Positions 36,020 to 44,912 of a DNA stretch of 64,000 nt are shown here, piece by piece. The notes under the pieces were generated by a model. The model did no database searches and was not told the DNA's origin. It saw only the letters and a list, made by a program, of their open reading frames with translations. Source of the DNA: an uncultured Bacillales bacterium (GTDB lineage: Bacteria; Bacillota_I; Bacilli_A; RF39; UBA660); contig CAOJRT010000003.1 of NCBI GenBank assembly GCA_948442255.1, positions 6,315 through 70,314 of the forward strand. The letters run 5' to 3'. How positions within the stretch are numbered: the first letter of the stretch is position 1; each line of letters opens with the position of its first letter. The position numbers and the translations under genes are program-made.

Positions 36020-36436
36020 ATGCCTAGAAAGATATATTGGTTAGTTTTATTTGTATTTTGCATGTTTTTCTTTCCTACAGTTAAGGCATATGAAATAGAT
36101 GGCGATATGCAATATCGTTTGGATAAACAAGTGGAGATAAAGAGTGAAACTTGTGAAAGTATTTTAGGAGATCCTGAGGATGATACAAGTTTTGCTTATT
36201 TTTTACAAGAGGCCTTTACTATCATTCAATGGGCAGGACCTGTTTTATGCGTTATATTATCTTTAGTTGATTTTGTAAAAGCAGTTGCGAGTCAAGATAA
36301 AGATGCTATTCAAAAGGCGATTAAAACATCTATAAAACGATTTGTTTTTGCGGTTTTATTATTTTTCTTGCCAATGCTTGTGAACTTTCTTTTAGGAGAT
36401 GTATTGGGTTGGTATGGCACTTGTGGAATTAAATAG
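36020..36436 (+). CDS. VirB2/TrbC-like two-TM hairpin protein, paralog 2 (with signal peptide)
   Basis: GAGGTG RBS 7 nt before the ATG at 36020. Signal peptide ..PTVKAYE. The core DFVKAVASQDKDAIQKAIKTSIKRFVFAVLLFFLPMLVNFLLG aligns with paralog 1. Confidence 0.4.
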   Translation: MPRKIYWLVLFVFCMFFFPTVKAYEIDGDMQYRLDKQVEIKSETCESILGDPEDDTSFAYFLQEAFTIIQWAGPVLCVILSLVDFVKAVASQDKDAIQKAIKTSIKRFVFAVLLFFLPMLVNFLLGDVLGWYGTCGIK

Positions 36437-36451
36437 GAAAGGGGGATTTCT

Positions 36452-39067
36452 ATGCTTTTAGGTAATATTATTAAAGATGGATTTTTGGGTATTATTTTAA
36501 CGTTAGATTCTATAATTTATTCTTTAATTAGTTCTGCTTATAAAATTTTTATGGCTTTAGCTGGAGCTAGGTTATTATCGACAGATGCTTATACAGCAAT
36601 TGCCAATAAAATTTATATAGTGGTTGGGGTTGTTATGCTTTTTGTTCTTGCATATGCTATGTTAAAAGCTATTATAGATCCTGATCAAGCTGCTAAAGGA
36701 GATTTGGGAGGACCTAAGCTTATTAAGCATGTAATTATAGCGGTTATAGGGCTTGCTGTTGCTCCTGTTTTATTTAATTTACTTTATCAAGTACAAGGGC
36801 TTGTTATGGAAAATAATGTTTTGGGAAAATTATTTTTTAGAAGTGATAATGAAACCTATGACTATCCTGATATTACAATAAATAACGGGGAAGAAACTGT
36901 TATGGTTCCTATGGATGAAGAATCTAATTATTATAATAATATGATACAAAAAATAGGAGGAGCTCATGTAGCAACAACGATATGGCAAGCTTTCTTTTAT
37001 CCTGTAGAAGAAGGGCAAGAGTCCGAAATTGAAGCAGATTCTAGTGTTTTACATGTAACTAGTGTAGGATTAGGGCTCGGATGTGCTGTAGGTATAGGTG
37101 TTGCTATTGCTGGTGTAGTTGGATCGTTTTTTACGGCAGGAACATCTTTACTTATAGCTGGAGCTGGTTTAGCTGCTTGTGTTGCATCTGCCTCTACAGA
37201 AGGGAAAGCTAATAAAATTGATGAGTTGCTTAATGGTAAAACATTTACTTTAGAAGAGGCTTATATTTATACCTCTTCTGAAGGAGACTTTTGGATATAT
37301 CAAGGATTTATAGAACCTTTAAGCGATGATGAAATTCATTACTCCTGGTTTTTGTCGACCGTGGTTGGCTTATTTGTTGCTTATGCTTTCGTAACTTTTA
37401 GTATTGACATGGGAATGCGTGCTGCTAAACTTGCTTACTATCAGATTATTGCGCCAATACCGATTATTTTACAGATATTACCCAAATTTAAAGATTCTTT
37501 TAATAAATATATTAAATCTGTTATTTCTACATTTATAGAAGTGTTTATTCGTATTACGGTTGTTTATGTTATTGTTTATATTATGTGTCATTTAACCGAT
37601 ATGTTTTCTACTTCTGCGATGTGGGCAGGCATGAATTTACCTGAGAGAATGCTAGCGAGAGCTCTACTTATGGTGGGATTAGTCTTATTTGCTAAACAAG
37701 CACCTAAAATGATTGGAGAAACGTTTGGTATTCAAAGTGGAAGTCTAGACTTAGGTATTCGTAAGAAACTTGCTGAAGGTGGTGCTTTTACGGCGGGAGC
37801 TTTCCTTGGAGGAGGAATTTCTACAGGAGTACGAGCTATGACGAATGCAGGTGCTAATATTAAAAAGAATTGGAATGATAAAGTTAAAGGCCAGACTTTT
37901 GCTAATGGAAGAGAAAAATTTAAAGCTGGGGCTTCTGTTATTGGGGGCGGAATAGCAAGAGGAGCTTTAAGTACAGTTGCTGGAACAGCTTCTGGTGCTG
38001 TAAGATCTGGATATGCAGGACGTAAGGCCGCCAATGTTAAAGATATGCAATCAGCAGCAAGAGAAGGTATTGGAAGAGCCACTTTAAAAAGAGATCAAAG
38101 AGCGACTTACCGAGATTCACATCAAGCGATGAAAATAGATGAGTTAGAAGATGCAGTAAGAAAAAATACTGCTGGAAAAACTGGTATTAAAAAATGGACA
38201 GCAGGGATTTCTACAATTGTAGGTGGTACTGGAGTTGCTGGAGGTCACGCTCAAGATGCTGTTACTAGTGTACTTCGTTGGGCAGGTATTTCGAATACAG
38301 AGACTTTGAAAAAAGAATTAGAAGGTGTCGACAAATTCGATAAAAGTTTGGATGATTTAAAAAATGCTGCTAAAACTCTAATAAATGGAGATGCCCAGAA
38401 AAATAAAAATAAGGACTATGGCGTTAAAGAAAACTTTGATTACTCTAAATTGAATGATAAATTGAAGAATAATAGTTATGTCCAACAAACTTTTAAAAAT
38501 TTTTCTACGGCTACCTTAAATACATTGCAAAAACAATTAGAAATAGCTAAAACAAAGGGTGAGATAGATATTGGAGGTAACAAGTTTTCTTATGAGGACT
38601 TAGCTGCGATTGAAGGTTTGTATGTTAAACAGTTTACAGAAAAAGTTGCTAACCGAGCTTTAGCAACAGAAGAACACTATAATAGTTATACTGTTACCGA
38701 AAGAACTGATTTAGCAGATGTTCGTTCTGCTGCTGCCGCATTCAAAAATGAATTACAGAAGAACATAGGATCCTCTGTTGTTGCGGATGCGATTGATGAT
38801 ATGGGAGCAGCTATCGTTTACAATAGTGATGGCTCTATTGATTATGATAAAGATGCACAAGGAAATATAATTGGATATCGAAGAACAACTGCCAATAGTA
38901 AAGTTACTTCTGCTGATATTACTTCTACCGATTTACGTATTGATAATGAAGGTATGATTAGTAAAATTCAAGATGCTGCAAAACGTAGAAGAGCGAAAAT
39001 TAAAGAAGATTTGGCTGATCGTCAAGCGAAAGAAGAAGCTTCTGGAAAAGATAATAAAAATAAATAG
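36452..39067 (+). CDS. VirB6/TrbL-like polytopic channel protein with long C-terminal hydrophilic domain
   Basis: 871 aa. About 8 TM helices in the first ~430 aa, including Gly/Ala-rich helices, then a ~440-aa soluble K/A/G-rich region. Its position matches ConG/TcpH-type genes. Confidence 0.55.
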   Translation: MLLGNIIKDGFLGIILTLDSIIYSLISSAYKIFMALAGARLLSTDAYTAIANKIYIVVGVVMLFVLAYAMLKAIIDPDQAAKGDLGGPKLIKHVIIAVIGLAVAPVLFNLLYQVQGLVMENNVLGKLFFRSDNETYDYPDITINNGEETVMVPMDEESNYYNNMIQKIGGAHVATTIWQAFFYPVEEGQESEIEADSSVLHVTSVGLGLGCAVGIGVAIAGVVGSFFTAGTSLLIAGAGLAACVASASTEGKANKIDELLNGKTFTLEEAYIYTSSEGDFWIYQGFIEPLSDDEIHYSWFLSTVVGLFVAYAFVTFSIDMGMRAAKLAYYQIIAPIPIILQILPKFKDSFNKYIKSVISTFIEVFIRITVVYVIVYIMCHLTDMFSTSAMWAGMNLPERMLARALLMVGLVLFAKQAPKMIGETFGIQSGSLDLGIRKKLAEGGAFTAGAFLGGGISTGVRAMTNAGANIKKNWNDKVKGQTFANGREKFKAGASVIGGGIARGALSTVAGTASGAVRSGYAGRKAANVKDMQSAAREGIGRATLKRDQRATYRDSHQAMKIDELEDAVRKNTAGKTGIKKWTAGISTIVGGTGVAGGHAQDAVTSVLRWAGISNTETLKKELEGVDKFDKSLDDLKNAAKTLINGDAQKNKNKDYGVKENFDYSKLNDKLKNNSYVQQTFKNFSTATLNTLQKQLEIAKTKGEIDIGGNKFSYEDLAAIEGLYVKQFTEKVANRALATEEHYNSYTVTERTDLADVRSAAAAFKNELQKNIGSSVVADAIDDMGAAIVYNSDGSIDYDKDAQGNIIGYRRTTANSKVTSADITSTDLRIDNEGMISKIQDAAKRRRAKIKEDLADRQAKEEASGKDNKNK

Positions 39068-39091
39068 AATAAAAAAAGGGATGTGTGATCT

Positions 39092-39436
39092 ATGGATAAT
39101 AAAAATAACACTTACTTAATACCAGCCAACTCCAAAAAGTCAATGTTAATACTTGGTTTTTTTACAGGTTTTGATTTGGCATTATTCTTAACTGGTTTGG
39201 GAATTACGATTATATTTTTGTTGGTTATTAAAAGTTCTAATTTACTTGTTATGGTAGGGCTATTGTCTCCAGCATTATTAGCTGCTTTTTTAGTAGCACC
39301 TGTGCCAAATTATCATAATGTATTAACATTAATACAAAATATATATCGTTTTTATACAGGAAGAAAAAAGTATTATTGGAGAGGATGGTGTGCTAGATAT
39401 GAGTCAGCAAAGTCAAACAGTACAAATTCAAAATAG
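39092..39436 (+). CDS. PrgI/VirB3-like small membrane protein
   Basis: 114 aa with two adjacent TM helices after YLIPANSKKSMLILGFFTGFDL. Directly precedes VirB4. Confidence 0.55.
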   Translation: MDNKNNTYLIPANSKKSMLILGFFTGFDLALFLTGLGITIIFLLVIKSSNLLVMVGLLSPALLAAFLVAPVPNYHNVLTLIQNIYRFYTGRKKYYWRGWCARYESAKSNSTNSK

Positions 39437-39974
39437 TAGTCGATATACAGATGATTGGGTTCCAATTAAGAGTATTTTAAATGGAATGATACAATTAGAT
39501 AATGGATATTATGTTTCGGGAGTTAAAATATCACCTAAAAACTTATTTATTTTAGATGAGAGTGAAAGAGAAGTCGTTTTATTTAACTTACAAAATCTTT
39601 ATAATATGATAGATTATGAATATTGGATGGTTGTAGCTGATCGTCCTGTTGATATTAATTTGTATTTATCTGAATTACAATTGATGTATCAAAATTCGAC
39701 TGATGGAGCAATTCGTAAATTGATACTGCAAGATATTAATAAAGCAAATGCCTTTATGGGGGCAGAATATAATGTAGTTGATACAGAGTATTTTATTCTA
39801 TTTAAAGAGAAGAGATTAGAAGTTGTGCAGAAACGAATTCATTCTTTGATTGGTGGTTTTGCTAATGCAACTATGAATGCTTCGCAAGTAACTAATGCCG
39901 ACTTGCGTATGATTTTAGATAACTTCTTAAATGGTGGTATGACTACTATGTTTGGGACGGTGATGGCAGCATGA
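39399..39974 (+). CDS. VirB4-family protein, N-terminal domain as a separate ORF
   Basis: DDWVPIKSILNGMIQLDNGYYVSGVKISPKNLFILDESERE resembles the N-terminus of Gram-positive VirB4 proteins (Tn916 Orf16/ConE type). Ends in an ATGA overlap with the next ORF. Confidence 0.6.
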   Translation: MSQQSQTVQIQNSSRYTDDWVPIKSILNGMIQLDNGYYVSGVKISPKNLFILDESEREVVLFNLQNLYNMIDYEYWMVVADRPVDINLYLSELQLMYQNSTDGAIRKLILQDINKANAFMGAEYNVVDTEYFILFKEKRLEVVQKRIHSLIGGFANATMNASQVTNADLRMILDNFLNGGMTTMFGTVMAA

Positions 39975-41755
39975 ATTTAAAAAATGAAATCGCCCCTAAG
40001 GGATTACAATTTAAACCAACAGAATTTATTATAAGCGGAAAGTATGCGACCATTTTAACTGTGATTAGTTATCCTAAATATATCACGCCTGGATTTTTAG
40101 CGAATATAACGAATATTTCGGGTGTTAAAGTTGTTGCTAAACATATTCCTATCGAATTTTCGACTATTTCGAATATGTTAAATAAAGAGATTGCCGATTT
40201 AAAAATGCGTTATCAAAGTGAAAGAGATCAAACGATTCAAGAAAGAATTAGGCAAGATTATGAATCTTTAGAAAGTTTTATATCCATGCTTGCGGCTACA
40301 CAAGCTCGTATTTATGACTTTCAATTACATATTATGATTACTGCAAGTAATCCTGATGAATTAGAGATGAAAAAAGTACAAGTCCGTAGTTATATTGATG
40401 CTTTAGGAATGCGTGCTATTGCTCTCATGTTTGAACAAGAAAAAGTTCTTAAATCGATTATCCCTATCTTCCCTAAACAAGATATTGAAGATCGTATTGG
40501 TACGCCGATTCCTTCTGTTACTATTTCTGCTATGTATCCTTTTGTTTTTGATAGTATTAAGGACCCAGGAGAATCTGCTTTATTAGGTGTAGATTTTTCA
40601 GGTGGAGTTGTTCTTTTTAACCAGTTTTTATACAAAATAAAGAAAGAACACAATCGTAACAATGCGAATATGGTTATTTTAGGTACTTCAGGAAGTGGTA
40701 AATCAACAGCTGCTAAATTGTTAGTACGTAGCCATATTCGTAATGGATATAAGGTTATTTGTGTTGATCCTGAAGGAGAACTTGAAGAGATGTGCCGTAA
40801 CGTAAATGGTAGTTATCTTGATTTAGGTAAGGGTGGGGAATTTGGAATGATTAACCCTTTGGAGGTTGTTCCTGATGCAGATCAAGAAGAGTTACAACAA
40901 GGGCTTGGTTATACAGTTCTTACTAGAGCATTACAATCTTTAAAAGCCTTCATGAAATATTATTCTCCTAGTGTAGAAGATGACGTTTTAGCGATGTTTA
41001 GTGAAGTTGTTCAAGATACTTATAAACGCTACAAAATTGATTTTGATACCGATTTTTCACAATTAAATAGTGAAGATTTTCCTACGTTTGATGATGTTTA
41101 TGCTACTATAAAGGGACGTTTGTTATCTATGCCAGAGAAAACAAGAGAAAAAGATGTTATGGAGCGACTTGAATTGAAAGTTCGACCTCTTGTTCGTGAA
41201 TTGCGTTATTATTTTACAGGGCATACTACTTTAGACATTGATAGCAATATTATTGTCTTTAATATAAAGGAATTAATGAATAGTGATGATAATATACGAA
41301 ATGCGTTATTCTTTAATATTTTAAAATATGCTTGGGGACTTTCTTTAAATAAAGAAGAGACAACCGTTCTTTGTGTAGATGAAGCACATGTTTTATTATC
41401 TACCCGTAATGAGTTGGGAGCTGAGTTCTTAGCTCAAATGCAAAGACGTGCACGTAAATATAATACTGGTACTATAATTATTACCCAACAACCTACTGAT
41501 TTTGCCGCACCTAATTTAATTATGCATGGGAAAGCAATATTTGATAATGCTTCTTATTACTTAGTTATGGGCTTAAAGAAGCAGGCTGTTGAAGATTTGT
41601 CATTGCTTGTTGATTTAAATGAGAGTGAAATGGATAGTATTAAATATTATAATCAAGGAGAGGCTTTATTTATTTGTGGAAGCCGACGTATGAGAGTTCA
41701 TATTTTATGTACACAAGAAGAGTTAGATTCTTTTGGAGCAGGTGGAGGCTTGTAA
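39971..41755 (+). CDS. VirB4-family T4SS ATPase (C-terminal ATPase part)
   Basis: Walker A GTSGSGKST, Walker B LCVDEAHVLL, and IIITQQPTDF. 594 aa. Confidence 0.85.
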   Translation: MNLKNEIAPKGLQFKPTEFIISGKYATILTVISYPKYITPGFLANITNISGVKVVAKHIPIEFSTISNMLNKEIADLKMRYQSERDQTIQERIRQDYESLESFISMLAATQARIYDFQLHIMITASNPDELEMKKVQVRSYIDALGMRAIALMFEQEKVLKSIIPIFPKQDIEDRIGTPIPSVTISAMYPFVFDSIKDPGESALLGVDFSGGVVLFNQFLYKIKKEHNRNNANMVILGTSGSGKSTAAKLLVRSHIRNGYKVICVDPEGELEEMCRNVNGSYLDLGKGGEFGMINPLEVVPDADQEELQQGLGYTVLTRALQSLKAFMKYYSPSVEDDVLAMFSEVVQDTYKRYKIDFDTDFSQLNSEDFPTFDDVYATIKGRLLSMPEKTREKDVMERLELKVRPLVRELRYYFTGHTTLDIDSNIIVFNIKELMNSDDNIRNALFFNILKYAWGLSLNKEETTVLCVDEAHVLLSTRNELGAEFLAQMQRRARKYNTGTIIITQQPTDFAAPNLIMHGKAIFDNASYYLVMGLKKQAVEDLSLLVDLNESEMDSIKYYNQGEALFICGSRRMRVHILCTQEELDSFGAGGGL

Positions 41756-41788
41756 AAGTGAAACTTGCTTTTTTTCTTGGCTTTTTTA

Positions 41789-41797
41789 TGCTATAAT
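41789..41797 (+). promoter_or_regulatory. extended -10 element upstream of the hydrolase gene
   Basis: TGCTATAAT about 25 nt upstream of the 41823 start. No clear -35. Confidence 0.35.
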
Positions 41798-41822
41798 TCT
41801 TTTAGTATGAACGGGTGGTACT

Positions 41823-44090
41823 ATGAAATCAATGGATGATAAAATTATTGATTTAGCTAAAAAAAGAGGGCTTTCTATTCCAGCAGGTTTAGAAAAAAGA
41901 GAAATTCTTTATTTTATTGCCGATCAATTGGAGATTGATTTTCAATATAGTGACGAAAGTGCTGAAGAGTTACTTCAAATTTTGATGGAAGAGTATGAAC
42001 CTAATTCTTCTTTCGAACCAAGTGGGGATGAGGAAGTAGAAGCACTTGATGAATCGAACGAAGAACAGGAAGTCAAGCATTCTAGCGATTTTTCTGAAGG
42101 TGATTCTTTTCCTAATCAAAGTGATAATCCTTTATTGGCTTCTTCTGGGGAGGAGGATTCTTCTACAGGCGGAAGTAGTCCTAATAAAAGAAATCAAAAG
42201 GAAGAAAATCCTGCTTCATTTCAAAATGACTTGTCTAATAATTCTCCTTCTAAGAAGGAGATTGATAAAGATTCTTCTTTTGATGGAACTAAAGATAAAC
42301 AAGAAGACTCTAAAAAAGAAGAGCCAGAAAAGAATCCAAATACCCAAGGAGATGCGACTTCTCCTAAAAAAAATTCTTCTCTTAGTGGCGGACAAGGGGG
42401 AGACGGAACATCTTATGCATCTAGTAATTTACAGCATCAAAAAAAGATACAACAAGGAAAAGATGCAGAAGAATCGGGAGATTCTAAAGGAAAAGGGGTT
42501 CCAAAAAAGACCAAAAACGATAAGCAGAAGATTTTTCCTAAAGGAGAAGGTAGTGGTTCTAAAGGTTTAAAAAGATTATTTAATCACAAATTGGGCGGTG
42601 AGAAAGGTTCTTTTCGTCTCGGAGATTTAAAAACAGCATTATTAAAGTTTTTTACAGAGCATAAAATACTTTGTTTTTCTCTTGTTGTTCTTTTGGTTGT
42701 CTTTATTATTATTTTGATTGTGGTAATAGAAGATGCTGCAAATGGCGGTGGAAAAACAGGGACACGCTGTAATTATGAATTAAAGGGTGTAATTGAGTCA
42801 GGGACTGTTTCTTTAAATGATGTACAAGTGGAACTTATCAATTGTGATGGAACGCCTAGTGATTATACGATTTTGGGTACTGTCGATTTTGAAAAATATG
42901 TAATTGGTGTTGCATTGGCTGAGATTGGGAGTAGTTCTCCTGATGAAGCCATTAAAGCACAAATTGTAGCGGCAAGAAATTTTGCATTGACTAGAAATAG
43001 TGGGATGTGTCCTGGAAGCCCTTCTACTTGTTTTTATGGCTATAATGTAAATAGCAATACGATTCGTATGCGCGCTTGTGAAGCAGATCAAGTTTATTGG
43101 GATTATACAAAAGATAATTATAGAGAAGATAGAGGTTCTATATCTTTATATTCTCCAGAAGTGGATGCAAGTAGTGGAGTATTATGGCATTCTGCTTTGT
43201 CTGATGAGCGAATCTCTGAAATTAATACACTTGCTGAAGAAGTACGAGGAGTTGTCTTGTTAGATGATAAAGATTATGTTTTAAAAACACCTTATAATGC
43301 AAGTGTTTCTGTACAATTTCAGAATGATGCTAAAGAAGGTAAAGATTATCAAGAGATTTTATCTCGCCAATATGGCAGTGATAATTTCCACACATCGGTT
43401 TGTTCTTCTTATGGTGTTATTGATTATGGAGATTATGTGCTTGATAGTACAGGGCATCAAATCATAAAACAAGATTTAGCTTCTTTTTTACAATCAAAAG
43501 GGACGTCTTTAGAAGAGTTTAACCAACTAATTGCCGACAATGTAGATAAAGCTGGTTATGGAACAAGAGCAGGAGTTGTCGTAGCTGGTGTTACTTTAGT
43601 AGGAGAACTTGGAAATCAGTATGGAGTGAAACTTCCTTATTTCTGGGGTGGAGGACATGCAGATGGAGTTGCTGATTCTGCCTTAGCAAAGTGGGGAAGT
43701 AATCAATGTAGTACGTATGCTAACAATCAATGGTATAGGCGTTGCGGTCTTGATTGTTCAGGCTTTATTCCTTGGGTGATGCGTACAGGAGGATATAATA
43801 TAAGTAGGGCTTATGGAGCTGGATCTTTTTATAGAAGTTTACCTGGAGCACAAAGAGTTTCATTAAAATCTACTATGGCTGTGTTAGAACCAGGCGATTT
43901 TATTGAAAGTAATTCACATATTACTATGGTAGTAAGTGTTGATGAAGCGAATCGACAATACATCGTTGTTCATGCAAGTGGAAATCAATCAGGTATTTTA
44001 TTTTCACGATTTGCATTTGATGCGTCGAGTTATTGGGGTGTTAAAATGGATGGTTATTATAATAATCCGCAAAATATAAGGAGCCGATAA
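41823..44090 (+). CDS. bitopic cell-wall hydrolase: SpoIID/LytB-like + NlpC/P60 domains (CwlT/VirB1 functional analogue)
   Basis: YVIGVALAEIGSSSPDEAIKAQIVAARNFAL (SpoIID-like). GLDCSGFIPWVM ... SHITMVV ... VVHAS (NlpC/P60 Cys-His). One TM helix around aa 283-305, preceded by a ~280-aa cytoplasmic region. Confidence 0.8.
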   Translation: MKSMDDKIIDLAKKRGLSIPAGLEKREILYFIADQLEIDFQYSDESAEELLQILMEEYEPNSSFEPSGDEEVEALDESNEEQEVKHSSDFSEGDSFPNQSDNPLLASSGEEDSSTGGSSPNKRNQKEENPASFQNDLSNNSPSKKEIDKDSSFDGTKDKQEDSKKEEPEKNPNTQGDATSPKKNSSLSGGQGGDGTSYASSNLQHQKKIQQGKDAEESGDSKGKGVPKKTKNDKQKIFPKGEGSGSKGLKRLFNHKLGGEKGSFRLGDLKTALLKFFTEHKILCFSLVVLLVVFIIILIVVIEDAANGGGKTGTRCNYELKGVIESGTVSLNDVQVELINCDGTPSDYTILGTVDFEKYVIGVALAEIGSSSPDEAIKAQIVAARNFALTRNSGMCPGSPSTCFYGYNVNSNTIRMRACEADQVYWDYTKDNYREDRGSISLYSPEVDASSGVLWHSALSDERISEINTLAEEVRGVVLLDDKDYVLKTPYNASVSVQFQNDAKEGKDYQEILSRQYGSDNFHTSVCSSYGVIDYGDYVLDSTGHQIIKQDLASFLQSKGTSLEEFNQLIADNVDKAGYGTRAGVVVAGVTLVGELGNQYGVKLPYFWGGGHADGVADSALAKWGSNQCSTYANNQWYRRCGLDCSGFIPWVMRTGGYNISRAYGAGSFYRSLPGAQRVSLKSTMAVLEPGDFIESNSHITMVVSVDEANRQYIVVHASGNQSGILFSRFAFDASSYWGVKMDGYYNNPQNIRSR

Positions 44091-44091
44091 T

Positions 44092-44841
44092 ATGAAATGT
44101 AAAATAATTTTGTTGGTTGTATTTCTTCTTTTGTTATGTGGGTGTAGTGCAGAGGTGCATTTATCTTTTGATGAGAATGGGATAAAAGAAGAAGTGTCTA
44201 TTACTCGTTTTGCAGATCAAAATATGTCTAAAACGATGGTTTATAATCAATACAGAGAGTTTATTCCTGCTTATCATATGGTAGAAGTTCCCGATCCTCA
44301 GCCTGATATAAAAATAGAAGGGATTAGTTACTATAATCGAACTGTTACTGATTTAGGAAATGGGTATCGTTTCTTATATAGTTATACTTATCCATTACTT
44401 AGCTATAATAGAGCAAGAAGTGTAAAAAATAGTTTTAAATCGCCTTATATAAGCAAAGATGAAGAGGGGATTATTACAATTTCTACAGATAAAGGTGGAA
44501 ATATGTTGTTAACACAATATGAAGATTTAGAACGAGTGAAGGTTACGATTGATACAAATGGATATGAAGTTTTAGAATCGAATGGGGTATTTTCAAATGG
44601 AGTTTATTCTTGGGATTTTTCGCAAACGGATAATACAAATTCTATTTACTTGAGTATAAAGAAAAAAGTAGAGGATTCTTCTTTTAATAAACCTGAAAAT
44701 TTAGATCAAATGCAAGAGGAGAAAAAAGAGGAGGAGAATTTTTTACAATCACATCCTTTTGTAGTTATAGCGATTGGAATTGGGGGCTTTTTTATACTTC
44801 TAATTCTTCTTCTAAAAATGAAAACACATAAATATGAATAA
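44092..44841 (+). CDS. lipoprotein with additional C-terminal TM anchor, unknown function
   Basis: LLLLCGCSAE lipobox and terminal VVIAIGIGGFFILLILLL helix. AAGGAG RBS. Confidence 0.6.
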   Translation: MKCKIILLVVFLLLLCGCSAEVHLSFDENGIKEEVSITRFADQNMSKTMVYNQYREFIPAYHMVEVPDPQPDIKIEGISYYNRTVTDLGNGYRFLYSYTYPLLSYNRARSVKNSFKSPYISKDEEGIITISTDKGGNMLLTQYEDLERVKVTIDTNGYEVLESNGVFSNGVYSWDFSQTDNTNSIYLSIKKKVEDSSFNKPENLDQMQEEKKEEENFLQSHPFVVIAIGIGGFFILLILLLKMKTHKYE

Positions 44842-44912
44842 AAGAAGTTAAACTTCTTTTATTTTTAATTGATTATGTAGTATAATAGGAATAGATTTGG
44901 AGTGATTTATTC

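Noticed and set aside
37732-38082. 116-aa antisense ORF (Ala/Pro-rich) within the VirB6-like gene
   Set aside because: It is the mirror of a Gly/Ala-rich coding stretch, has no RBS, and the sense frame is continuous over 871 codons.
42046-42570. 174-aa alternative-frame ORF inside the hydrolase gene
   Set aside because: It is a K/L/I-rich low-complexity translation of the out-of-frame acidic/Lys-rich region with no RBS. The main frame has clear domain continuity.
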